From the NCBI RefSeq assembly GCF_006345805.1, contig NW_021833855.1, forward strand, positions 1 to 53,073: a DNA stretch of 53,073 nt, written 5' to 3'. The position numbers were made by a program, and so were the translations under genes. This stretch comes from Octopus sinensis (Eukaryota). Below the pieces are notes generated by a model that did not search any database, had not been told where the DNA came from, and saw only the letters and a list, made by a program, of their open reading frames with translations. Positions 24,529 through 36,112 of this stretch are shown here, piece by piece (within the stretch, counting starts at the first letter, position 1; each line of letters starts with the position of its first letter).

Positions 24529-26726
24529 TAACATTGGGGATTTATTAGAATAAGAAATCAATTAATCTAATGTACATGTATGTAAAGAAGAACTGATGGC
24601 GATCCTGTTTCCCCTCACTATTGCTTGGGACACGTTCTGGAGCCCGAGGCATTCAGCTCTCAACGACGTTATAAGAAGAGGTCTCGATTCAATCGGATTC
24701 CCATCAGTGCTGGAACCACCTGGATTGGACCGAGGAGATGGAAAACGCCCAGACGGGATGACTATCTTTCCGTTTTTGGAAGGAAAGCCTCTCGTATGGG
24801 ATTCAACATGTTCCGACTCCTTGTCCAAGACAAACATGTTGGAAAATGCCTTCAATGCCGGCACAGCTGCGGATAAAGCAGAGGACATCAAGAAGAAGAA
24901 ATATAATGTCACAGTCGGATAAATGGACACGCGAATAAATGGACACTTTCAAAATTTCCACATCCAAAAAATGATGATTGTTTTGCATATTCAGATTTAA
25001 AAAAATTTACTCTTTATTTCCTAGAATCACCTTTCTAGAAACGCCTATCATAAATTGATTTGTATAGATTTTTTGTTAAAAAAATTTGGCAAGTGGAAAT
25101 TTCAGAAATACAATCTCCTTGCAAATTAATTGTCGATTCTCTATGAAACAGAAATAAATATTGTTATCGCAGTCTTTATTTCAGATATCTGGACCATCAT
25201 TGAGATATCCCCTCTGGTATTTACACTGTTTATAAGCTACTAGGTAGAATTGTGTTTTAATTAAAATTATCTTAATTTTTAGTTACCCAATTATTAATAG
25301 AAAACATAATAAATTGTGGCACGTGTGAGCACTCTTTTGACATACCTTGTTGTCCTGTTGCATTATTTGGTCAATCTTTATTTTTTTATTTAATTGGATT
25401 AGAAGGAATATTTTGCGATGTAGTTTCTTTTAATTAATAAATTATCTGAAATTTCATCATTTTGTAATATTTGCGAGTTTATTCTTTCAATCTGTTTATA
25501 TTGCTTATTTGAAATCTTCTCATTTATCTTTATTCATCGAATTTCACCTTATTTTTTGATAGAAAGTTCTATTCTTTATATTCTTATGGCAAACTTTTAT
25601 TTATTTGTTCCCGGATTTGGCGATCTTTTATTTTAGCGCCCTAAAATCTAAAATGATCAATTTCTACCAAATTTTAATCATTATTGGAATGATACTTTTT
25701 GGATTACTCAACAAAATTTCGGAATGATACTTTTTTATTATATAAATTTTTTCCCTTCAGAACTTGCAAAATTCGGGGGTGATCGAGAGGACTAATATTT
25801 GTTATAAACGAGAGGATAGTATTAGCTCTCGGGACCATAGTTTTGACACGATTCTTAACGATCGCAAATTCTTCAGTTGTCAAATGGGGGTGAAAACGCA
25901 TCCTTTTCCTCAGTCGCATCAAAATCTCGTCGTAAATTGATTTTGGCCTGGCGTGTCTCTTCAGCCCGGTCCATGGACCTCTTGAAGATCTTCAGTGCGT
26001 AGACTCCCTTGTTCATTACGTTTTTGGCTTCGTTACTGTGTGTCGGCGTGTACACACGTTGCGCAACCTCATTTATTCGGGCTTTGGAAGCAGTTGGCGA
26101 CTTGGATAGGAGGTTAAATCTCTTGCTTTCCAAGTGCCGGGTTTTCGATACTCAGAGAATATGTGAGGCTTGAGCTGTTAGGCTCAGTTGTCGTCTGATG
26201 GGATTGGGTCTCACTGTGTTTTTGAAGCACAGTAGGGTTCGGAAGTTCGGTGGGATATTTAGCTTTGATGGGTTCGCAAAAGGGCTGGGGCTTTACCGCT
26301 GTTCGTCTAATGTGTTTTCTTCTTGGTTTTCTTTGATTTTTTTGATTTTTTCAATAATTTCTTTGCTGAACTTCACAATACGCATAGTTCCACGCTTTTT
26401 TTATAAATTAAAAAGTAGAATATTTCTCTAAAATATTTAACTAATTGTTAATATTGATGTATAAAATAACTATTTATATATTTTTTAAATATTTTTAAGC
26501 CAGGTGTTTATTTATTCGCTTGTCCATTTATCCGACTGTGACATATAATGGGCTCACCGATCGTTACGTTTTCCGGCCGGTTGCTGTCGAAACCCTGGGA
26601 TCGATTGGGAAGGAGTCGTTGTGCTTCCTCAAGTGTATTGGACGTCTCAAGACCTTGAGAACACACAATCCTCTGGAGACGAGATGGCTCCTCCAGAACG
26701 TGTCCCAAGCAATAGTGGGGGGAAAC
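24529..26726. mobile_element. 5'-truncated, internally inverted CRE-like retrotransposon with 13-bp TSD
   Basis: The 3' end is on the minus strand (24529-24643). The RLE body is on the plus strand (24644-24907 and 26543-26726: RHSALND..LEPPGLDRGDGKRPDG..WDSTC..FRPVAVETLG). ATTATGAAGAAAT flanks it at 24516-24528 and 26727-26739. Confidence 0.8.
24908..26542. mobile_element. Non-autonomous TIR DNA element of unclear superfamily, nested in the CRE fragment
   Basis: TIR GTCACAGTCGGATAAATGGACA.GCGAATAAAT at both ends; 7-8 bp TSD ATATAAT(G). Removing it restores the frame KKKKYNGLTDRYVF. Confidence 0.85.
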
Positions 26727-27212
26727 ATTATGAAGAAATAATTAAGAAATTTCACAAAATCTATGCTTCTCAGGAAAATGAAAATATAGGTGATCGCTAA
26801 AATATTATGAAAATGTTAGGAAAGTCAGATAAAAAACATAAATTTTTTTATTTTTATAAATATTTTATGTTTTCAGTCATTTTTGTATAAAAAATATTTA
26901 ATCTATATTGTGAGTTCATGTTTCAACTATAAAATATTATTCAAATTGCCTTTCGCATCCGCAGATTTTTTGATCAAAATCGGCGGATTTGAAAGGTTTT
27001 ATTGTATTTAGTCTTATTTAATTTGTGACGACAATTAAAGATCCTTTTTTATCTGTTCTCTCAGTGCAGGCTGTACCCCTGTCAAAAATAAACAATATTG
27101 GACATTGAGTATTTTGTATAAAAATTAATTACTTTTTTAACTTAAGTTTGGTTAGTATTTTTGTTGTTAGAGTATTTTAAGAGAATCCAAATTGAATTGT
27201 TATAATCTAGAT

Positions 27213-29263
27213 CAGTGATTCTCAGCTTTTTTGCTCAGAAGCCGCAAATTAAAAAAAAAAATTTACAGGGGCCGCAAATATTTTTAAGAATTATTTATTA
27301 ACCCAATAATCAAAATTAGGTTTAATTCTACTTGTTGAAGTACGTAACAAATCACTCAGATGAGTATCAGTCAATCTGCTGCGAAACTTTGTTTTAATTC
27401 GAACGAGTTTACTAAATGTCGATTCGCAGACATATGTTGATCCAACATTGCTAAATTTTTCTTTGCATTATTGACTAAATTCGGAAATCGGTTCTCTGGA
27501 ATTCTCGAATAAAAGTCAATTATTGAAATGTTGTTGAACAAACTTTTCAGTTCAACATCATTTTGCAAATCAATCAATTCCAGTTGGTAAATCCCGGAAA
27601 CCTCCTCACTTTTCATATTAATGGAGATGCAAATAATCTCATTGAATTTGCACCTTCTTTAAAGCTCTGTCAGCTTAAATTAAATACTAAAAACCTGAAA
27701 TCTTGCATCAAATTGCAAATTTAAATCTTCAATTATTTTTAAATATTTATCAGTTGAGCCACTTTCGGAATTTTCTGACAAATAAGGAAAATGTGTGTAA
27801 TCATTATTTGATATCTGCGCTTTCCATAAAATTAATTTCTTAACGAAGGCATTTATATATCCATAAATTTGATAATTTAGCTTATTTTCCCCTTGTAGTT
27901 CGACATTAGGGCAGACAGATGCACCGATAGATCCACATAAAATGCTAAATCTGCTACCCATCTATTGTCTTTCAATAATGCATTGTCCACTTTATTTTCA
28001 GTGAATAAAATAATTTCAGGGAGAAGTTGATAAAATCTAAATATAAAATAAAAGAATTAACCTTTTGAGACAAGAGCTACGGCTTAACCATCTTACTACT
28101 GAGAAAAGAAGGACATCGCCATAATCCGAATCGGTTTCAGTTAAAAATGTTTTAAATTTTCGGTGATTCAAGGCGTTCGCCCGAATCCAATTGACAATTT
28201 TTATCACTACTTCAGAAACATTTTCCATTTTAATATTTTGGAAATTAGGTTTTCCTGATGAATAATGCAATGATGCCATAATACTGGAGTCCAGTTATTA
28301 TCACACCTCCATTTATTCATACGTCCACGAAAACCAGTTTTACTGCCAATCATATAAGGGGCTCCATCAGTTGAAATTGAAACTAATTTTTTTGGATCCA
28401 GTTGATAATCTTCAATTAATTTCACAATTGGAGAAAAAATCTGTGTTCCTTTAGTTTCTCCGTGAAGTGAATTCAATGAAAAAAATTCTTCGTATACTCG
28501 AAAGTCAGATGTTACTCCCCTTATAAACACTACTAATTGTTCGATATCTGAAATATCTTTGGAACAATCAAGCGCAAAAGAATAATATTGAAAATCTTTA
28601 CAAATTCTAAAAATTACAAAACAATTTGCATACAGTAAAAGTTCGTTAATCAGATTATCAGATATATCACTGACTCTTCTAGTAACAGTATCGTTACTTA
28701 GAGGTAACTTGTGTGCAATATCGAAAACAGCGGGCGAACAACATTCCGATGCAAATATTTCGATTGCCGTTTTATATAATTCGCCATCAGAATAAGGCTT
28801 CATATTTTAGCCAATAGGTAACTAATTTTGTATGATGCCAGGTTAATATTAGACGAATATGTGCCACTTTTGAAAGTAAATGATCGTTTTAAATAATCTT
28901 CTTTCATTTGTTTTAGTTTTTCGTCCGAGACACACCAGTGAATGTGTCATAAAGAATAGAGTGGAAACGGTAGTGCCGCTCGATTGTATACGTTTTTAGA
29001 GTTGCAATAATAGAATGGCATATTAGGCAAAGAGCCTTTCCATTGATCTCAATAATGAAATATTTTTCTTCCAGATGTGTTGAAAAATCCTATTTTCCTC
29101 GGAAAGTTTTCGACAACGTTTAGAATCAGACATCACAACAACAAATAAAAAACGTGACATTTTTTTATTCATAAAATTTAAAAATATTAAATTAAAAAAT
29201 AAAACATTTATAAAACCTAGGGGCCGCAAATTAAATCCTAGGGGCCGCACTTGAGAATCACTG
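27213..29263 (-). mobile_element. Full-length hAT (Buster/SPIN, GTF2IRD2-like) element with intron-containing, frameshifted transposase
   Basis: TIR CAGTGATTCTCA, perfect 8-bp TSD ATCTAGAT (27205-27212, 29264-29271); motifs KPYSDGE, LSNDTVTRR, ALD, STDGAP, HCIIHQ, VRWLSR, ELIDLQ. Confidence 0.93.
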
Positions 29264-29379
29264 ATCTAGATTCTTAAGTCAAAATTCTTTAACAAATAAC
29301 GAAAACGGAAACTGAATAACTATTAATTATAATCCATTAATATATACGAATCTAGATTCCTAACGAAATAAAAATTGTC

Positions 29380-30335
29380 TGTCGTTATGACCTGGGACAA
29401 AATTGTGTCAAAATTCTTAATGAACCATCTGAAGGTGCTCGAAAGGGTGAAGGCATATATTCAGATACTGTGTTGCGAAAAATCTTAGAGAGTTTGCAAG
29501 CCGAGACGAAGCACGGATTATCGATGCCTGTTGAGTGCGTACCCCTGAATTTAGACTGCGCGTCGACATGTATCTGCCCATCCGTGCTGTAAACGTAGGT
29601 CTTAAGAGGACGACGTTGATGTAAAAAATTGACCTGGCCGACTGAACCACTAATGGTTCCCAAAAAAATTTTAGTGGACCCAGGAATTTTGAAAAAATAA
29701 AAATATATATAAGTTAAAACTAATTGTATAATTAATTATAATACAATAGACATTAAAATTAGTCTGATTTGATTAGCGTGGTTTATTATTCTACTTATTA
29801 TTAACAAGAATTGTCGTCTTTGGTCGGATTGTTACGTTGAATTTGGATTCACCAAATTTATTGCCTCAAATAATGAAATAAATAGAAAATACAAAAGTTT
29901 CCATAGAATTATGGGAAACAATCCACTGAACCCCTCTAACATAGGAGTCAAAAAGAGTCTGAACACTCAGAAAATTGTTGCTCACATGAATTTTTTAAAG
30001 TCATAAGAACGAAATTTGATTCGCAGCCAAAGCTTGGATTCATATAATAAATCTCAAGATAAACCGAGGTTAGAAGCATCATATGTTGTAATTTTAACCT
30101 AAAACAAATAGATCTCTAATTTTTATTCTGTTTGGAGATGGATACACTTGTGGAGAGGAAATCCTCAATATTTTTGACACTTCTATGAAGACAAATAATT
30201 AATTATGCTTGCGGGTTGTTAACCCATGGAAACAATTCCCCCGACTGAAGCAAGCCTGTCACTACTGCAAGACCGAAATTTGTTTTTCAATAACGGAGAG
30301 ATTAAATGCAGCCACTGCAACTTGGCAAGTCAAAT
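29380..30335 (+). mobile_element. Degenerate R4/Dong-like LINE fragments
   Basis: MTWDKIVSKF..KAYIQ..LRKILES at ~29385-29500, and EASLSLLQDRNLFF..KCSHC at ~30245-30320. Confidence 0.5.
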
Positions 30336-32599
30336 CGACAGTGAGAAAACTTGATTATCAAAGACCGATCCCTAAACTGGAGTCTCTGCTCCGCGTATGG
30401 GCATATGAATGTCTAATTAATAGACTTTTAAAGTCTTTTTTGCTTATTCCTGCTCGGATTATTTTGGCTGGCAATTCTGATATCACTTTTGTTAAATTAA
30501 TTGTGTGACATTCACTTTTAGGGGATAGAACTCTACATACTTAAAAAGGAAATATAAAAATAAGATCAATTAAACAAACAAACAAAGTGTACACGACTGT
30601 ATCCCCTTTATTTGAATTATATTTCAAAAATTGTCCAGACTAGGAATGAATGTAACGGGAAATTCGCGGTATGCAAAAGAGTTCATCAAACAAAACTCTT
30701 AAAATGAAAAGAAAAAAAATTTAAAAATAATCTAAGGATAATTTAGCGGACATCTGTGCTTGTAAAGTCCGACTATTGCATGGTCCAAATCAAGGTCTTC
30801 TGATTGTAGCAAAGCAAACCCGGATTGTTTTGGTAAGAAAGATATTTAAGATCCTTTTGGTTTATCGTGTTTACGCAAGAGACACCAAAAAAATATTGGA
30901 AACAAGTTAAATTTATTTAAATTTGTACTCCTCTTCTACAATGCCTAAAACAGGTTTCTATCACTAAGCGAATTTCTTCTATTGTTAATCTTCATTGGAT
31001 GGAAAATTATTCCGCAAATTATGTAATTTCCATTTTGCTCTGCCAGAAAGTTAATTTTTTGTTCATTTCGTAATTATAAATAATATAAAAGCAAAAAATT
31101 TATAAACTATCTGAGATATCAAATTTACAATCCAATTTGCTGAAGGAGAGACGGGATTGTATTAAAGAAAAAGGCTCATCATCATTTAGACTAATAGAAT
31201 CCTTGAAGGATCGATGTATCCAATATGCACCAGGATTGACGACTGACGCCGTTATTAGTGTTATCGCTGCGGAATCGGATGTCTTAATCGCCACACAACA
31301 AAAAAAATGGGGAGGGGTAACAAGATGAAGCAGAAGAGACACATGACTTTATTTTGATTAGTTAGTTCCTTGGTAACGTGTTCTCTTTCTGTCTTGTTCT
31401 TTTTATAAAAAAAGTGTGCCCGGCCTGGGCGACATGTCAATATTCGCGGAAGGGATATTACGATTTTTACGCAACTCCTTGCCGGATTAACTATTTTTTT
31501 AAGACAAGTGAAATTCTTTTGCATGTATTCGTTGGAAGAAGATGAACAGAGAGGATATTTGTTGTAAATGTTCACTTTGAAAATGGACATCTTTTTCTTT
31601 ATAGGTTTCTTCTCTTTTAAAGAATTTAGTTTATGAATCTTGCAGAGATGAAGTTATGATTGTGCTCAGGTCTTGTCCACAATGTCTTGCTAGACGACTT
31701 AGGAAACTCGATCGAGTATAACACCAATAGAGCATATACAGTGAGAGAAAGATAGTAAGTATGTATTCTAATATCAGATATCTTTTTGATTGAGTTAATG
31801 TACGCCAATATTCAAATTCCAATGGCAACCAAATATGCACTTCTCCTACGAATTCATTGATGTTCAATTTTGTACTACATTAAAGAATCTGCCGAATATC
31901 GATGTGGGACCTGAACGGGAGCAAACAAACCAGCCCAAGCCCAATATTTGTCGACAAATAAACCAATTATTGGGTTGTGACACCCGAATGAATTTTGACA
32001 GTAGTGTCAGAAAGTATGACACCATCTAAAATCCTAGCCTCGTCATTACCCGACTATCGTCTTCCGTGATGATACAGTATAAAGTATATCCTGAGTATAA
32101 AGTAACAATCCAGGTTGTGTGACATTCAATTAATAAGTTTTAAATTAACGACTTTAAATTTATTTATTAAACTGAAAGCGTTTTTTATTTTTTAAACAAG
32201 CGTTCGACTTTATCTTTTTATATTTGCATCACCAATACATTATGAATAAAAAATCACACTTTTACCGGTCCTCCAGTACGAAAATCTTCGTTAGTGGCGT
32301 GTCTGATAGTTGTCCGGGAGTGGTCTATTTGCTTATAATCACGGAATACGTCAAGCGCAAATATACATTTCATGAAACTGGAAATCTTTTTTTGAACATG
32401 CTGAGAGAATTGCAGAAGAACTTTATGATTGAGCAAATAAAAAACAAACAATTGCATGCAACTCTCTCAGATTTTTTAAATGATCTAAGCGTCGATGTTG
32501 CTAATTTTCCAGTTGATTATTGCATAGAAAAAACTTACCGAAAACAGTGAAGGCTCTCTGTTTCATACAGAAAAGTATTCTATTTTTTATAATGCTAGA

Positions 32600-32960
32600 A
32601 TAATGTGCAGTCACCGTAACTCAGCCAAGAAGACGGTTGATCACTTGGCGACAAGGTGTGATTGAATGCTAGTGACTATTTACAAAGACACAGTGAACTA
32701 TGTTGTGCAGGTAGTATAGAATTACGAAATCGAAGGTTGAAAATCTATTCTTTTTAGTCGAAGAGTGCGAATTACTCTGTGAAGATTCGTATCGATGCAA
32801 CAATAAATACAAATACGAAAGTCCAGAGTAACGAGGCGGACATGAGAAGCACAATCTGCTTATAGAGATTGTGATGATCTCTCAAAAAGACCTGATCGAT
32901 CAAAAAGTGCAGATTGTAGGAATTTTTGAGTAACCAGCCCATCCCATGTTAATACAATAG
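32600..32960 (+). mobile_element. R4/Dong-like LINE zinc knuckle/RLE fragment
   Basis: CSH.NSAKKTVDHLATRCD.ML..VKIRIDATI..LLIEI..SQ. Confidence 0.6.
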
Positions 32961-33727
32961 GTACATGAACCACATGTCTGACTCTGCAGTTCCTTGCGTA
33001 ATTCGCAGAATTACTGTGGAAATGTTGTAATTAGAATATGGTTTATTTTTTTATTAATTATTGTTTAATTATCCTAATTTTTAATGGTAAACCTAATAAA
33101 TTATTCCACGTGTGAGCACGCAGTTGATTCACCTTGTGGTGATGTTTATATAATTAACCCTTTTCTTAATTTTTTATATAATTTGATTTAGTGGGAAAAT
33201 TTCGAGATGCAGTTTCTTTTAATGATTAAATTATTTGAAATTTCATCATTTTGTGATATTTTTCGAATTTATTCCTATAATTTGTTTCTTTTACTCATTT
33301 TGAAATTTCTGTAACGCTAATATTTTTTGAAATATTTATTTATTCAATTTTTAATCATTTTTTGGTACTTTTTCATATACTTATCTTTTTCCCACGACCA
33401 GTTAAGTTTTTTATATACAGTATAAACTCCATTTGGGGCATCAATTTTGTAAAATTGCCTGAATTTTTTTTCATTTTTATAAACATAACATTTTTTAAGT
33501 ACTAAAAATTTTTATTCTATTGACGAGTTTTTCGTTATCATTTGTTCATTTGTAACGGTGAGTCATGTAATATGTGACATGGGCCAAATGATACTTATCC
33601 GATGCGCGTTACACTGACCTTCAATTAATGTTAATCTGTCAATTTTTTTTTATTTTTCAAATATTTCTCAATATAAGAACAAAATAAATTTTTAATTAGT
33701 AACATATTGAAATAAGTTAGTCAATGA

Positions 33728-35005
33728 TTAAAAGGCACTTGCGGTTGCACGCATGATGGAGTGTGCATTGCCGCGAACGACAGCTATTCCAATTTGTTGG
33801 AATAACCATGACACTTCTCGAGGCTCCCCACGTCGCCTAGCAACTTTTCCTCCGACTTCTCTGATGAAAGAAGTCGTAAGAGGGCCGGTTACCCCAGAAG
33901 TCTCCACAGCGATAGGTACGAAGCGGTACCGTTGTCCAAGATTTGCGTATTTGGCAATTTTTCTTTGCTCTGCAGCATCTGCTGCAGAACCTGGAGAAAC
34001 AGCAGAAGAGATCATATTAGTTTTGGAATGGGTGTCAACACACGTTGAATCCCAAACCAACGATTTTCTACAGGAGTAGGGAAAAGTGGTCATTCCATCG
34101 GGTCTTTTCCCATCTCCACGATCTTTGGAACAACCATTGCTTCTCCCGAGGCTCTCTCCGTCTCCTCGAGATCAGATTCCCGATTTTCCCGACGAGTTCG
34201 AACGATTTTTGGCTCATGACCCCGGTGGTTTCTACGGATATTGGGGAGAAGATGAAGTTGTCCAACAGGTTGGAATATTTCTGAACTTTATGTACCTCAG
34301 CCTTCTCAGCGGCTGAGCCTGGACTGATCGCGGAGTCAACTATATTGGTCTTTGAGAAGGTGTCTGTGCACGTGGAGTCCCACGCGAGGCATTTCCCATT
34401 ACTCCACGGGAAAATGGTGACTACATCTGGGCGTTTACCGTCTCCGCGGTCAAGCCCAACGGGTTCCAGTTCTGTCGGGAATCCAGCTGCTTGTAACGCA
34501 GCCGAAATAGTCTCGTTGATAGCGGAGTGTCTGGGAGCACGGCCAGCACTCCTTCTGCATGACAGGGGATGTAGTCCTTTGTTATCGACTTTACTACCAC
34601 ATCGGCATTGGCTCCCCGAACAGACATTAAGTCCCAAGCGTATTGCTACGCCAATCCTCACACAGTCATTATCGAGAAGGGTTCCAGATTGGGAGCAAGG
34701 GAGGGCATTAAGCCACGCCCCACTTTCAGGTCTGGCAGCGGCACCGAGACAAGCGAGGTGATGCTGATCCAATGTAGGTCTGATTGCTTCCATTTTAGCT
34801 TTGCTGGAGATATCATCCCATTGGCGTGAAATGTTAGATGGAATGGCCAATCCAGATCCCTTCCAGAATTCGCAAGCTCCAGAGAAAACCCGGTCCTCCC
34901 CAATCCGCGAGAGTTACGCAGGATTTGGGTGATGAGGGCTTGGGAGCTCGCACGTGGGAAGAGGAATGCAGGAAGAGCCATGTCCAGAGGTGAACGGAGT
35001 CCAAT
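33728..35005 (-). mobile_element. Two fused CRE-like 3' regions (CCHC and RLE)
   Basis: IGLRSP..ESGAWLNALP..CRCG..HPLSC..RHSAINE..KRPD..WDSTC..ISVETTG..WLFQR, joined to a second DRGDGKRPDG..FVPIAVETSG..AVVRGNA*. Confidence 0.88.
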
Positions 35006-35029
35006 TTTTCAAATTGAAAGAAAAAAGAG

Positions 35030-36110
35030 AGAATTAAATAGTTATTAACTAACTAAATTCCCGGCCTCGTAAATGGAAACACAGTTTCTACGTACTATAG
35101 CCAAGGAAAACAATTCGTCGAATGCGTTGTCCAAATGGCTCACTTGCCTTCTCCATAAAAATTCTACAAATTAAATCTGAATATTTAATACCTGCAAAGT
35201 ATTCACCCATATAGTGGCGTGCGGTTCCTCTTTCTCTCTTATTGCGCCATTTTGCGTTCCCCCACATTCTATATTTTTGTATATAATTTTTGCTACACGA
35301 ACCTCTCAACAGTCTGGGTATGTGCACCGGTCTTCGGGTCTACAAAATTTCGTTTGCAAATTTATAAATGAATTATAATAAACTTGTGATTAACTGTAAG
35401 GTGCACATAAGCAAGAGCATTTAGATCTGGAGTTGAATAACCTATTAACAAGGATAAAGTAATTACAATTACCCTTTCATTTGTCAGAGTGTATCACTGA
35501 ACCCGGTGCGATATTTCGATGTATCGCTGCGATTAACGTTCTTTTGGAGCGATCTGGTACCATCTCCAGGAAACAGTCTTTTGTTCCACGACAAATTCCC
35601 CCAAACACCCATTGTTGAGGGAGGATCCGTCCCGCATTATTTTTTTTTCGAAAACATACTTTCATCAACTTCTACGACATTTTCAATTCCACCTATGCAA
35701 TCTAATAATGTAATATAATACCAATCAGTGTGTTCGGACGATTTGCTAAATATGCAGCACATACCTCCCGCAGCGAGTGAGACCAGTTACATATCGTTTG
35801 GCCACTTCATTCCAGTTGACGCCGACACCATAAAATTCCCCCGCCACTGTCTGTCGAAGCTCCACATATAAATAAAACGAATACAAGATTCTAAGGACAC
35901 TGTTGTGCCTTCGAGCCACGTACCTAAAAATAAAGTACTCTCTTATTACACCGTTTCGGACAGAACTTGAAATTCGACACTCGCTTTTATCGCACACCCA
36001 AGTTGTACCATCTCGCTTTAGGGTCATTAGATGTCTTTTGGCGCATTTCTTTTCGGTTGGAATGATTCCAACCTCCTGAAGGAAGGCTACGGACTCCATC
36101 TCAGAGAGAG
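35030..36110 (-). mobile_element. Merlin (ISXO2/IS1595-like) transposase remnant with micro-introns; no TIRs seen
   Basis: FLQEVGIIP..C..H..W.C, SVRN|GTWLEG, VEVDES, QWVFGGICR, VPDRS..TL, IHSD, HTQTVER|MW. Confidence 0.85.
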
Positions 36111-36112
36111 GG

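Larger units (their letters stand above)
22862..27004 (+). mobile_element. pogo/Tigger element hosting nested insertions
   Basis: TA-flanked TIRs CAGTAAAACCTCTCAAA / TTTGAAAGGTTTTATTG; transposase remnant LQRMDQGIIKSFKA at ~24260-24305. Confidence 0.7.

Noticed and set aside
30500-32560. Short ORFs as host genes
   Set aside because: No recognisable domains or coherent exon chain; probably decayed TE sequence, left unassigned.
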